Shown: piece after piece, positions 1 through 8,520 of the stretch
Layout: each line of letters begins with the position of its first letter
How positions within the stretch are numbered: position 1 is the first letter of the stretch
Source: Bacillota bacterium
Lineage (GTDB): Bacteria > Bacillota > Dethiobacteria > Dethiobacterales > Dethiobacteraceae
NCBI GenBank assembly: GCA_018725345.1
Contig: QLUI01000001.1
Span: forward strand, 1 to 34,340
Length of the DNA: 34,340 nt
Reading direction: 5' to 3'
Program-made: the position numbers and the translations under genes
Notes under the pieces: model-generated
What the model was told of the DNA's origin: nothing
Databases searched by the model: none
Seen by the model: the letters and a program-made list of their open reading frames with translations, nothing else

Positions 1-347
1 AGCCATGTGTCGCGCAAATCGACCAGCAATTTTTCAACTTCTGCCAAAGGCGCCGCTTCTTTTTTTAGATTGGCAGTCACAAGGCGTTGATGCATATAGT
101 CGTAAAGCAGGTAAAGGTTATCGGCCATCTCTCCTTGGTTTGGATTGAGGGCATTCATCAGTTCAAAAAGAATATCCTGCGTCTTGACGTTGTTAATATG
201 GCTTTGTTCAAGCTTGTTTTCCGCCAAGCCTATTTGTGCCAGTTTAGTAAATTTAATCGCGCCGTTGTAGAGCATGATGATTAGCTTTAGGCCAGACGCA
301 GTTTCTACTTGGTTGTGCAAATATGTGCGGTAAGGGTTTGCCAGCAT
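1..347 (-). CDS. fliS: Flagellar export chaperone FliS; N-terminal ~115 aa only, the C-terminus runs off the left window edge
   Basis: My own minus-strand translation from the ATG (complement of 345-347), preceded by an AGGAGG-type SD (complement of about 353-360): MLANPYRTYLHNQVETASGLKLIIMLYNGAIKF...NVKTQDILFELMNAL...MADNLYLLYDYMHQRLVTANL. This is the typical FliS pattern. It is absent from the ORF track because it is truncated by the edge. Confidence 0.8.
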   Translation of the reverse strand, partial: MLANPYRTYLHNQVETASGLKLIIMLYNGAIKFTKLAQIGLAENKLEQSHINNVKTQDILFELMNALNPNQGEMADNLYLLYDYMHQRLVTANLKKEAAPLAEVEKLLVDLRDTW

Positions 348-363
348 CTTTGAGCCTCCTTTT

Positions 364-744
364 CTAACGCTTTGTGTCCAGCAGCAGGCCAATCATTTCT
401 TGGATTTGCGCGGCCAGCCTAAGTAAACGCTCCGGGGGTATTTCACGAATCAGCTCATCAGTCTCTTTGTCGATAACCTGCACCATTACTCTGTCAGATT
501 CGTCATGGATTTTAAAGCGCAGACTGAAACTAAATGCGTCTAAAGCACTGTTTACTTTGCTGACGGCAGTATCTATTTCCGTAGCCGAATGAGACGAAGG
601 ATGAGCTTCCGTGTTAGGGCTAGGGGTTCCTTTAATGCTTTCTTCTTTTTCTCGTGTTTTGCCCGGATGGCTGAGTTCATTTGTAACGTTTCTAAGCCCG
701 TCCGGTGTAATCGCAGACAGGGAATTTGCTGCTCCGATTTTCAC
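364..744 (-). CDS. flaG: FlaG family flagellar protein
   Basis: 126-aa ORF with a GTG start and a GGAGGTG SD 6 nt upstream. The C-terminal region FSLRFKIHDESDRVMVQVIDKETDELIREIPPERLLRL matches the FlaG signature. It lies immediately upstream of fliS. Confidence 0.75.
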   Translation of the reverse strand: MKIGAANSLSAITPDGLRNVTNELSHPGKTREKEESIKGTPSPNTEAHPSSHSATEIDTAVSKVNSALDAFSFSLRFKIHDESDRVMVQVIDKETDELIREIPPERLLRLAAQIQEMIGLLLDTKR

Positions 745-926
745 CGTTTCACCTCCTCATCTTCGCTCAGGCGAAAATTGCATACTACTCATTTTGCCTA
801 ATATTTTCGGCAAAAACTAAAAAAACTTAATACTCCTGCAAAAATATAGTAAAGTTTTTCAATCTGGGGCCGATCAAGAATATAGAAATAGAAAGAACTG
901 CTGTCTCGTGAAGTGGGGGATGAGCT

Positions 927-1286
927 GTGAAGGTACAAGGGGTGGATCCTGTCATTATGAGCAGGATTCAGGAAAAAGTAAAAAAACAGTTGGTGCAAGA
1001 TAGCCGACAGGTTGAGTTTGCCAAAGATCGCCAAAACAGCCAAGAGCAAGAACGGCAAGCACCGGATCGAGAAGAATTGGCTGCGATGGTGCAGAAGCTA
1101 AACAAAATGGCAGACTCTTTGGGTATTAATTTGCTCTTTGTCTTGATTGAGGATGATGCTCCTCGGTTGTTTGCGCTCAACAGAACAACGCAGGAGCTGA
1201 TTCATCAGCTCTCTCCCGCAAAAGCCCGGGAAATGTTGACAGAAATGAAAAGCTTTGTAGGTATGTTGGTAGATCAACTTTCATGA
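927..1286 (+). CDS. FlaG-like paralog (hypothetical flagellar protein)
   Basis: The C-terminal half, VQKLNKMADSLGINLLFVLIEDDAPRLFALNRTTQELIHQLSPAKAREML...GMLVD, parallels the FlaG motif of the divergent neighbour at 364-744. GTG start with a purine-rich SD. Confidence 0.45.
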   Translation: MKVQGVDPVIMSRIQEKVKKQLVQDSRQVEFAKDRQNSQEQERQAPDREELAAMVQKLNKMADSLGINLLFVLIEDDAPRLFALNRTTQELIHQLSPAKAREMLTEMKSFVGMLVDQLS

Positions 1287-1298
1287 GGGGGATGGAGC

Positions 1299-1703
1299 GT
1301 GGCGGCTACGGTGACGGAATTGCTTGAGCAGTTGAGCGCTAATTATCAGCAGCAGTATCTGCTCTACCAAAAGGTATATCAAATAGCGCAAGCGGAAGGC
1401 GCGCTGATTGAAACCAAGGAAATGTTGCAATTAATTGAATTACTCCATTGTGCAGAGGAAATTATGCGGCGCATCCATGATTTGGAGGAGCCGCAAAAAA
1501 AGAACAGAGAGTTACTCCGTAAGGCTTTGCCTGGCAATAGCATTTCACTCGATCTGCTTGCTTGTTTGACAGAGAGCCGGGTTTTCCTCCGCTACAAAAA
1601 AGTGCTGGCGCAATTGGCTGAAATTTTGGCAGAGATAGAACAACTAAAAAATAAAAATATCGTTCAGCTAACACAAATGAGGCTGGCAAAAAATCGGCTA
1701 TAA
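1299..1703 (+). CDS. FlgN-like flagellar chaperone family protein (putative)
   Basis: 134-aa helical protein (LLEQLSANYQQQYLLYQKV...IEQLKNKNIV). Size, heptad-like composition and flagellar context fit FlgN/FliT-type chaperones. GTG start after a GAGGGGGA SD. The family call is weak. Confidence 0.4.
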   Translation: MAATVTELLEQLSANYQQQYLLYQKVYQIAQAEGALIETKEMLQLIELLHCAEEIMRRIHDLEEPQKKNRELLRKALPGNSISLDLLACLTESRVFLRYKKVLAQLAEILAEIEQLKNKNIVQLTQMRLAKNRL

Positions 1704-1774
1704 ACAGAGCTCTGTTGACTGTGAGCAATCCGCTGTTTATTTGTCGTGTCTTTTTTTCGCGGAAAAACTACATA

Positions 1775-1916
1775 TTATGTTAAGCATTTCTACTTTTATG
1801 CCATTTTATTCAATTTATGTTAAACTTATGTTAAGCATTTCTACTTTTATGCCATTTTATTCAATTTATGTTAAACTTATGTTAAACATTTCTACTTTTA
1901 TGCCATTTTATTCAAT
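1775..1916. repeat. 51-bp AT-rich tandem repeat, about 2.75 copies, upstream of flgB
   Basis: Units start at 1777, 1828 and 1879. Units 1 and 2 are identical (atgttaagcatttctacttttatgccattttattcaatttatgttaaactt). Unit 3 has one substitution and is truncated after ttcaat. Confidence 0.95.
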
Positions 1917-2038
1917 CTTTGCAGGAATTTTTCCATTTTTAGCGAATGGTTTCAGCGAATGGTTACGATGTGACGATATGTCAGCAATTACACGGTTAGG
2001 CATCTCGAAAGGTAAGACTGCTAAAAGGCAAGGAGGCG

Positions 2039-2458
2039 ATGATGATTAACGGGTTATGGACAGATAAAGTTTCTCTCGTGTTGCAGAAAAGCCTTGACGC
2101 AGCGGGAGAACGGCAGCGTGTCATGGCTCATAATATTGCCAATCTTAACACGCCGCTTTTCAAAAGAAAAGAAGTTCGCTTCGAAGAAGAATTGCGCCAG
2201 GCGTTGCTGGGTCCGTCCCGCCTGCCCCTTGCCGCCACTCACCCCCGCCACATGGGCAAAGCTCCCAGTCTGCAAGATGTGAGCCATGAGCTTAAAACTG
2301 ATTTGCAGTTAAGCATGCGGCCTGACGGCAACAATGTGGATCTAGAACGTGAAATGGCTATGCTTGCCGCAAACCAGTTGAACTATAACGCCTTCGTCCA
2401 GTTATTAAGCGGTCGGCAGGCTTCATTGCGTTATGTGATCCATGAAGGGAGAAGGTAA
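2039..2458 (+). CDS. flgB: Flagellar basal-body rod protein FlgB
   Basis: The motif RQRVMAHNIANLNTPLFKRKEVRFEE is the typical FlgB N-terminus. AGGAGG SD at 2031-2036; the start is ATG 2039 or 2042. Confidence 0.9.
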   Translation: MMINGLWTDKVSLVLQKSLDAAGERQRVMAHNIANLNTPLFKRKEVRFEEELRQALLGPSRLPLAATHPRHMGKAPSLQDVSHELKTDLQLSMRPDGNNVDLEREMAMLAANQLNYNAFVQLLSGRQASLRYVIHEGRR

Positions 2459-2460
2459 GC

Positions 2461-2871
2461 ATGCAGATTTTTAAGGCGATGCAGATTTCCTCATCCGGGT
2501 TGACGGCTGAACGCTTTCGCTTGGATTTGATTGCCAATAATATTGCCAACGCTCATAGCACTCGGACTGAACAGGGTGGCCCTTACCGGCGCAGATCAGC
2601 CGTTTTCGCAGAGAAAATGGATGCCGCCCGCCGCAACCTACAGGGCGTGCGGGTGATGGCAGTAAGCGAAGACCAGACACCGCCACGGTTAGTTTACGAA
2701 CCGGGACACCCAGATGCAGATGCGGCTGGCTATGTGGCTTACCCAAATGTAAATGTGATTCAGGAAATGGTAGATATGATTACGGCCACCAGGGCTTACG
2801 AGGCTAACGTTACAGCTTTAAATGCAACAAAGAGCATGTTTCTAAAGGCGTTGGAAATTGGCAGAGGATAG
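2461..2871 (+). CDS. flgC: Flagellar basal-body rod protein FlgC
   Basis: SSSGLTAERFRLDLIANNIANAHSTRT...TATRAYEANVTALNATKSMFLKALEIG is the canonical FlgC pattern. Confidence 0.92.
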   Translation: MQIFKAMQISSSGLTAERFRLDLIANNIANAHSTRTEQGGPYRRRSAVFAEKMDAARRNLQGVRVMAVSEDQTPPRLVYEPGHPDADAAGYVAYPNVNVIQEMVDMITATRAYEANVTALNATKSMFLKALEIGRG

Positions 2872-2881
2872 GTGAGTCAAA

Positions 2882-3178
2882 ATGAGAATTCAGGGGAACA
2901 ACCCCTTTATCCCGACGCAATGGCAAAAAATTCAGCCGGAAATACAAAGCAGGCAGACGGAGGGCTTTGCGGCTGCGTTAAAAAGCGCCCTAAGCGATGT
3001 GAATAAGCTGCAGCTTCAGGCAGATGAATCTGTTAAAAAGTTGGCTATGGGTCAGGGAGAAGATATCCACCAGGTGATGATTGCGGTTGAGCAAGCTAAG
3101 CTTGCCATGCAGCTGACGGTGCAGGTGCGCAATAAAGTTGTTGAGGCTTATCAGGAAATTTCACGGATGCAGATTTAG
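2882..3178 (+). CDS. fliE: Flagellar hook-basal body complex protein FliE
   Basis: 98 aa with the C-terminal motif IHQVMIAVEQAKLAMQLTVQVRNKVVEAYQEISRMQI. Position after flgC. Confidence 0.9.
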   Translation: MRIQGNNPFIPTQWQKIQPEIQSRQTEGFAAALKSALSDVNKLQLQADESVKKLAMGQGEDIHQVMIAVEQAKLAMQLTVQVRNKVVEAYQEISRMQI

Positions 3179-3261
3179 TGACCAGCCAATTTGCAAGTGA
3201 CAGCTGTCAACTGGCCACGGGTCATCGTTTGCCCAGGACAGGCAGAAAGGGGCAATGAGTT

Positions 3262-4815
3262 TTGGCGGAAGAAAGCCGGGCCGCATTCTCGATGTTTACG
3301 CTACAAGAGCGTTGGCAGCAAATCAGCAAACAAAAGAAGCTAGCTGTGATCATTTTGCTTGTAGCAGGTTTTGTTTCGCTTTTTTATTTGGGGCAGGCAC
3401 TTTCCCGTCCAAGGATGGCGCCTTTGTTTTCGGGATTGGAGCCGGCTGATGCCGGGCGGATTACTGCTCGGTTGCAGGAGCTGAATGTGCCTTATCAGTT
3501 GGCAGATGAGGGTAGAACCATTCTGGTCGGGCAGGATCAAGTATATGAGATGAGAATTCAGTTGGCCAGCGCAGGAGCGCTGGTCGGGGGCAGCGCTGGA
3601 TTTGAACTTTTTGATCGGACACAGCTTGGGGCTACCGATTTTAATAGACGCCTGGATTATCTGCGAGCGCTCCAAGAAGAGCTCCGACGGACCATTGTTC
3701 AGTTGGAAGAAGTTGAGCAAGCCCGGGTACACTTAGCCCTCCCCGAACCAAGCGTCTTTGTTCAGGATACGGCAGAGCCGACTGCGTCGATTGTGCTACG
3801 GCTTAGACCTCTTTCTCGCCTGCAGCCTGAGCAGATCCGCGGGATTGTTTATCTGGTAGTGGGCAGCGTGGAAAACATGACTGCGGAAAATGTGACTGTG
3901 ATTGACACACAGGGAAATATTCTTAGCGATTTAACCACGGAGTTGTCTTCCTCCGGCCAGTTAGCCGAGGCTTCTTTGCGGCAGTTGGAGGTGAGGCGTT
4001 CCTTCGAGAAAGAAATGGAACAGCGCGTCCAGCGGGTGCTGGAGCGGGTTCTAGGTGCGGGTCAGGCGGTCGCTATGTTGACGGCGGAACTTGATTTTGA
4101 TTCCCGTGAATCAAGCATCATCACTTTTGCGCCCGAAGGAGTGCCTCGGAGCAGAACCGTTGCGAGGGAAATATTTGAGGGGACAGGAACCATGCCTGGG
4201 GAAGCAGGTACGGACAGTAATATCCCCGGTTATCCTTTTGCAGTCGGCGGCGGCGATTCTCGTTATGAGCGGGATGATGAAACTATTAATTACGAAATCA
4301 GCGAAACAACGGAGCGGCAGATTCAAGCGCCGGGGCGCTTGGTCCGCTTGCACGCTGCCGTTGTTGTTAATGATAACGGAGGCGTGCTGACAAATGAGCA
4401 GCTCGCGCAGATTAACGAGCTGGTCGAGGCTGCCATTGGTTATCAGGTAGCGCGTGGGGACAGCATCAGTGTGCAGGGAATGAATTTTGATACTTCACAA
4501 CTAGAGGAAGCCAAGCGAGAGATGGACGAGGCTTTGCGCAATGAGCAAAGGGGACAACTTATCTATCTGGGCGTAGCCATTTTGCTCTTGGTTTTGTTTT
4601 TCGTGCTCGTATTGCGGGCTAGAGGAGCACGCCGCGAACGAGAGTTAGAAGCTCAGCTTGCCACAGTGCCGCACATGCCCTTTTTAGAAGAAGCGCCGGC
4701 AATCGGCGAGCTGCCAAGGGAAGAGGAACTTTTGCACAAACGTGTCCGCCAACTGGCGGAGAAGGAACCTGAAGCGGCAGCATATTTGATCCGGGCTTGG
4801 CTGGCTGAAGAATAG
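3262..4815 (+). CDS. fliF: Flagellar M-ring protein FliF
   Basis: 517 aa with an N-terminal TM segment, the YscJ/FliF-type region LNVPYQLADEGRTILV...QLASAGAL, and a C-terminal TM segment plus a FliG-binding tail. TTG start at 3262; ATG 3292 is an alternative. Confidence 0.9.
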   Translation: MAEESRAAFSMFTLQERWQQISKQKKLAVIILLVAGFVSLFYLGQALSRPRMAPLFSGLEPADAGRITARLQELNVPYQLADEGRTILVGQDQVYEMRIQLASAGALVGGSAGFELFDRTQLGATDFNRRLDYLRALQEELRRTIVQLEEVEQARVHLALPEPSVFVQDTAEPTASIVLRLRPLSRLQPEQIRGIVYLVVGSVENMTAENVTVIDTQGNILSDLTTELSSSGQLAEASLRQLEVRRSFEKEMEQRVQRVLERVLGAGQAVAMLTAELDFDSRESSIITFAPEGVPRSRTVAREIFEGTGTMPGEAGTDSNIPGYPFAVGGGDSRYERDDETINYEISETTERQIQAPGRLVRLHAAVVVNDNGGVLTNEQLAQINELVEAAIGYQVARGDSISVQGMNFDTSQLEEAKREMDEALRNEQRGQLIYLGVAILLLVLFFVLVLRARGARRERELEAQLATVPHMPFLEEAPAIGELPREEELLHKRVRQLAEKEPEAAAYLIRAWLAEE

Positions 4816-4827
4816 GGGAGATAGTTT

Positions 4828-5835
4828 TTGGCACGCAATAAATCCAATGGTCTAAAAAAATCGGCTATTTTGCTGATGGCACTGGGGCCGTCAGTCTCGT
4901 CTAGAATTCTCAGGCAGTTTACTGAGGCCGATATCGAGCGTATCTCCCTGGAGATTGCCAATACCAACAAGGTGGAAGTGAATACCATGGAGGAAGTGCT
5001 GGAAGAATTTTTATTGCTTAGCCAAGCGCAACGCTATATATTGGACGGCGGATTAGATTATGCGCGTAACCTTTTGGAGCAGACACTAGGTATTCAGAGA
5101 GCGACTGAAATTATTAAAAAGCTAAAAGAAGCTTCGCAAATTAAACCATTTATGTTTGTCAGGAAGGCTGACCCTAAGCAGTTAACAAACTTGATTGGCC
5201 AAGAGCATCCGCAAACTATTGCCTTAATACTGTCCTATCTTGACCCGCTGCAAGCTTCTCAGGTTTTGGGCAGTCTGCCTGATGAACAGCAACCTGAGAT
5301 AGCTCGGCGAATTGCGCTGATGGATCGGACTTCGCCTGAGGTCTTAAAAGAAGTGGAGGGAGTGCTGCAAGAGCGTCTTTCTTCCGTAGTGCAGCAAGAT
5401 TTTGCTACCGCAGGCGGGATTCAGTCGCTGGTGGACATTTTAAACAATGTGGATCGTGGCACAGAAAAACTAATTTTGGAAGAGCTGGAGAAAGATGATC
5501 CCAAGCTTGTCGATGAAATACGTAAGTTGATGTTTATCTTCGAAGATGTAACCGCCTTGGACAACGCTTCCATTCAGCGGATTATTCGTGAGGTTGACCA
5601 GAAGGACTTGGCTTTGGCGCTTAAAGGCTCCAGCGAGGAGGTTAAGGAACGCATTTTCCGCAATGTTTCCAAGCGGGCAGCAGAAATGTTAAAGGAGGAT
5701 GTGGAGTCTATGGGGCCAGTTCGCTTGCGTGAGGTGGAAGAAGCACAACAGCGGATTGTAAGTGTTGTTCGTAAGCTCGATGAGACTGGTGAGATAATTA
5801 TTTCACGGGGTGGTGAAGATGCCATTATTCTCTAG
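4828..5835 (+). CDS. fliG: Flagellar motor switch protein FliG
   Basis: Contains the EHPQTIALILSYL and KLMFIFEDV motifs. 335 aa. Confidence 0.93.
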   Translation: MARNKSNGLKKSAILLMALGPSVSSRILRQFTEADIERISLEIANTNKVEVNTMEEVLEEFLLLSQAQRYILDGGLDYARNLLEQTLGIQRATEIIKKLKEASQIKPFMFVRKADPKQLTNLIGQEHPQTIALILSYLDPLQASQVLGSLPDEQQPEIARRIALMDRTSPEVLKEVEGVLQERLSSVVQQDFATAGGIQSLVDILNNVDRGTEKLILEELEKDDPKLVDEIRKLMFIFEDVTALDNASIQRIIREVDQKDLALALKGSSEEVKERIFRNVSKRAAEMLKEDVESMGPVRLREVEEAQQRIVSVVRKLDETGEIIISRGGEDAIIL

Positions 5836-6595
5836 GCTGCTTAAAGCAGAGCAAGTAGCAGTCACCGAAAAGATCTGCCGTCTTGCTTACCATGAAGCAA
5901 CTTTGCCTGCCGGCGCGGGAGGGAGCGAGGCACCAGGTGATGCAAATCCTGTCACTTGTGTCATGGTGGAGGCAGAGGAGCGTGCCTCTGAAATGCTGGC
6001 GGCTGCGGCAAGACAGAGTGCGGAAATCTTGACATCTGCTAGTAGTGAGTGTGAGGAGCTCCTTCATCAGTCAAAAATGAAGATTCTTATTTTGGAAGAG
6101 GAAGCACGTAAACGTGGCTATGACAAAGGTTATCTGGAAGGCTTGGGGGCAGGGCAAACTGTGGGAATCGGTTTGCAGCGCGAAGCTGAAGCCATGCTCC
6201 GGGAAGCTGTCGAGTTTCGCGAGAGGGTTTTGGAGCGGGTGGAGCCGCAAGTGGTGGAATTAGCTGTCTGTGTGGCGGAGAAATTGGTGGGGAGACAGCT
6301 GACTATTGAACCGGAAACCGTAGTCACTATTGTCCGGGAAGCCTTGCGCCTGCTTAATGAGTCCGGCGAAATTCTGATCCGCCTTCATCCTGGTGATTTA
6401 CTGCTCTGCCAGGCAAGGCTACCTGACTTGCAGGCAGAAGTGCGCGAGAATAGTTCGCTTAATCTTTTTGCCGACCCGCAACTGCCGGCAGGCAGTTGCC
6501 GTGTGGAAACAAACGGTGCCTTGATTGAATGTATGCTCGATGAGCGCTTTGTTGCGCTGCGTGCAGCATTAGCGGATGTGGCTAATCATGGATAA
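5819..6595 (+). CDS. fliH: Flagellar assembly protein FliH
   Basis: Position between fliG and fliI, with a coiled-coil N-terminal half and a FliH/V-type ATPase E-like C-terminal half. ATG 5819 has a GGGGTGG SD. The ORF is open from GTG 5810. Confidence 0.8.
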   Translation: MPLFSRLLKAEQVAVTEKICRLAYHEATLPAGAGGSEAPGDANPVTCVMVEAEERASEMLAAAARQSAEILTSASSECEELLHQSKMKILILEEEARKRGYDKGYLEGLGAGQTVGIGLQREAEAMLREAVEFRERVLERVEPQVVELAVCVAEKLVGRQLTIEPETVVTIVREALRLLNESGEILIRLHPGDLLLCQARLPDLQAEVRENSSLNLFADPQLPAGSCRVETNGALIECMLDERFVALRAALADVANHG

Positions 6596-8039
6596 AGAAC
6601 TATGCCGTCTGCAGCAGCAGGAAGACGAAAATACTTCTTCGCTCTGCTCCCACCCTAGCCCTCACCCTAGCCCTCTCCCAGAGGGAGAGGGGAATTGTGG
6701 GGGAGGGAGAGGGGAGTTGCCGGATGGATTGGATTTATTGCCATATCTGCGTGCGACTAAAGCTTTTCCCCGTGCTAAAATTATCGGTCGCGTGACCCAG
6801 GTGGTCGGTCTGACCATCGAGGTGCGAGGTTTGCAGGCTTTTGTGGGTGAAGTATGTCAGATTTTCGTCGACACCGAAGCTACGCCTGTGGCGGCTGAGG
6901 TGGTAGGGTTTAAAAACGGTCATGTGTTGATGATGCCTTTGGCTGACTTGCGTGGCATTGCTCCAGGTTGTCAAGTTTTGCCTACCGGTAGCGCGTTTAA
7001 GGTGCGTGTGGGACCGGCTCTTTTAGGACAAGTGTTGGACGGGATGGGCATTCCACTAGATGGCAGCGCGCCGAGTGGTCTGAGGTGCAGTTACCCTGTC
7101 GATAATGATCCTCCTAATCCGCTGACGCGGCAACGGATTAGGGAAGTATTGCCTACCGGTATTCGCGCCATAGATATGTTTCTGACCTGCGGGCAGGGTC
7201 AAAGGATTGGCATTTTTGCCGGCAGTGGTGTCGGTAAATCGACCATGCTGGGTATGATTGCCAAGCAGAGTGAGGCAGACGTAAATGTAATCGCGCTTGT
7301 AGGCGAGCGAGGCAGAGAAGTGGTAGACTTTATCGAGCGTGACTTGGGTCAGAAGGGGCTCGAGCGTTCTGTGGTGGTGGCCGTCACATCAGATCGACCT
7401 TCCTTGCTGCGTATAAAAGGAGCGCTGGTGGCCACGACTATCGCGGAGTATTTCCGTGATCAAGGTAAAAAAGTGATGCTGATGATGGACTCGGTGACAA
7501 GGTTGGCTATGGCTCAACGGGAAGTCGGTCTGGCCATCGGCGAGCCGCCTACTGCCAAGGGTTATACGCCGTCGGTATTTGCCCTCTTACCTAGACTGCT
7601 GGAACGAGCGGGCACATCAGCAAAGGGATCTATTACCGGTCTTTATACTGTGCTGGTTGACGGCGATGATTTTAACGAGCCGATAGCTGACGCAGTGCGG
7701 GGCATCTTGGATGGACATATTATCCTTTCCCGCGATTTGGCTGCAAAAAATCATTTTCCCGCTATCGATGTTTCAAGGAGTATCAGCCGCTTGATGACGG
7801 ACTTGGTAGATAAAGAACATCAACAACTGGCAGGGCGCTTCCGTGATTACCTTTCCGCCTACTACGAAGCGGAAGATTTGATTAATATCGGTGCTTATGT
7901 GCAAGGCAGCAATCCCAAGGTTGATAAGGCTCGTCAATATATTAGCCAGATGCTTTCCTTTTTGCGCCAAGATGTAACTGAGTGTGAGCCTTTCGCGGTT
8001 GCCCGGGACAATCTGGAAATTCTCCTGGGGAAGGAGTAG
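6576..8039 (+). CDS. fliI: Flagellum-specific ATPase FliI (start uncertain)
   Basis: Walker A FAGSGVGKSTML and a T3SS ATPase body. The maximal ORF starts at ATG 6576, with ATG 6588 as an alternative. In-frame TTG 6717, preceded by GGGAGGGAGAGGGGAG, would give MPDGLDLLPYLRA..., which fits typical FliI N-termini better. Confidence 0.9.
   Translation: MWLIMDKELCRLQQQEDENTSSLCSHPSPHPSPLPEGEGNCGGGRGELPDGLDLLPYLRATKAFPRAKIIGRVTQVVGLTIEVRGLQAFVGEVCQIFVDTEATPVAAEVVGFKNGHVLMMPLADLRGIAPGCQVLPTGSAFKVRVGPALLGQVLDGMGIPLDGSAPSGLRCSYPVDNDPPNPLTRQRIREVLPTGIRAIDMFLTCGQGQRIGIFAGSGVGKSTMLGMIAKQSEADVNVIALVGERGREVVDFIERDLGQKGLERSVVVAVTSDRPSLLRIKGALVATTIAEYFRDQGKKVMLMMDSVTRLAMAQREVGLAIGEPPTAKGYTPSVFALLPRLLERAGTSAKGSITGLYTVLVDGDDFNEPIADAVRGILDGHIILSRDLAAKNHFPAIDVSRSISRLMTDLVDKEHQQLAGRFRDYLSAYYEAEDLINIGAYVQGSNPKVDKARQYISQMLSFLRQDVTECEPFAVARDNLEILLGKE
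6651..6714. repeat. GC-rich palindromic (REP-like) repeat at the fliH/fliI junction
   Basis: Direct repeat caccctagccct x2 (6651-6674). Perfect 9-bp hairpin ccctctccc-aga-gggagaggg (6671-6691). A second gggagagggg copy lies at 6705-6714. Confidence 0.8.
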
Positions 8040-8045
8040 ATCTTA

Positions 8046-8492
8046 GTGTATAGCTTTCCTTTACAGAAAGTGCTCGATTACCGGAAGAACAGGGAAGAAG
8101 AAGAGCAACGTCGCCTGAGCCAAGCAACCCGGGAGGCGGAAGCCTCCAGAGCGGCACTGGTCAGGCTACAGGATGATTTGTTCAGACTGCAGGAAGATGT
8201 CCTCCTTTGCCAGTCCGGACAGATTGATGTGCAGCGTGCTCTGGTCACTTGTGACTACAACGTGCTGCTCGCTGGTCGCATTAAAGAAGGGGAACAGGTG
8301 GCAGCCCGCTCGGAAGCTCGCCTGCACGAACAACTGCTCCTGACGGAAAAGTGCTGGCAGGAACGCAAAGTGATGGATACTTTGCGTGAAAAAGGAGAAA
8401 CACGTTTTCTGTACCAGTTGAGCCGGGCGGAACAACGTGAGAATGACGAAATGGCGAGTTTTATCTACCAGCAGCGCAAGCAGCAAGGCTAA
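8046..8492 (+). CDS. fliJ: Flagellar export protein FliJ
   Basis: 148-aa coiled-coil protein starting FPLQKVLDYRKNREEEEQRRL. Position after fliI. Confidence 0.85.
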   Translation: MYSFPLQKVLDYRKNREEEEQRRLSQATREAEASRAALVRLQDDLFRLQEDVLLCQSGQIDVQRALVTCDYNVLLAGRIKEGEQVAARSEARLHEQLLLTEKCWQERKVMDTLREKGETRFLYQLSRAEQRENDEMASFIYQQRKQQG

Positions 8493-8520
8493 GAGAGTTT
8501 TGTGAGAGGAGGTGATAATC

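Noticed and set aside
1775-1916. Possible CRISPR array
   Set aside because: The repeats are directly abutting, with no unique spacers, only about 2.75 units, and no cas genes nearby. IscB is not a CRISPR effector.
1741-2049. A 102-aa ORF reading in-frame through the 51-bp repeats (MLSISTFMPFYSIYVKL repeated)
   Set aside because: The frame stays open only because 51 is a multiple of 3. It has a TTG start with no SD, an extreme AT-rich and low-complexity translation, and it runs through the flgB SD into the flgB start. I treat it as non-coding repeat DNA.
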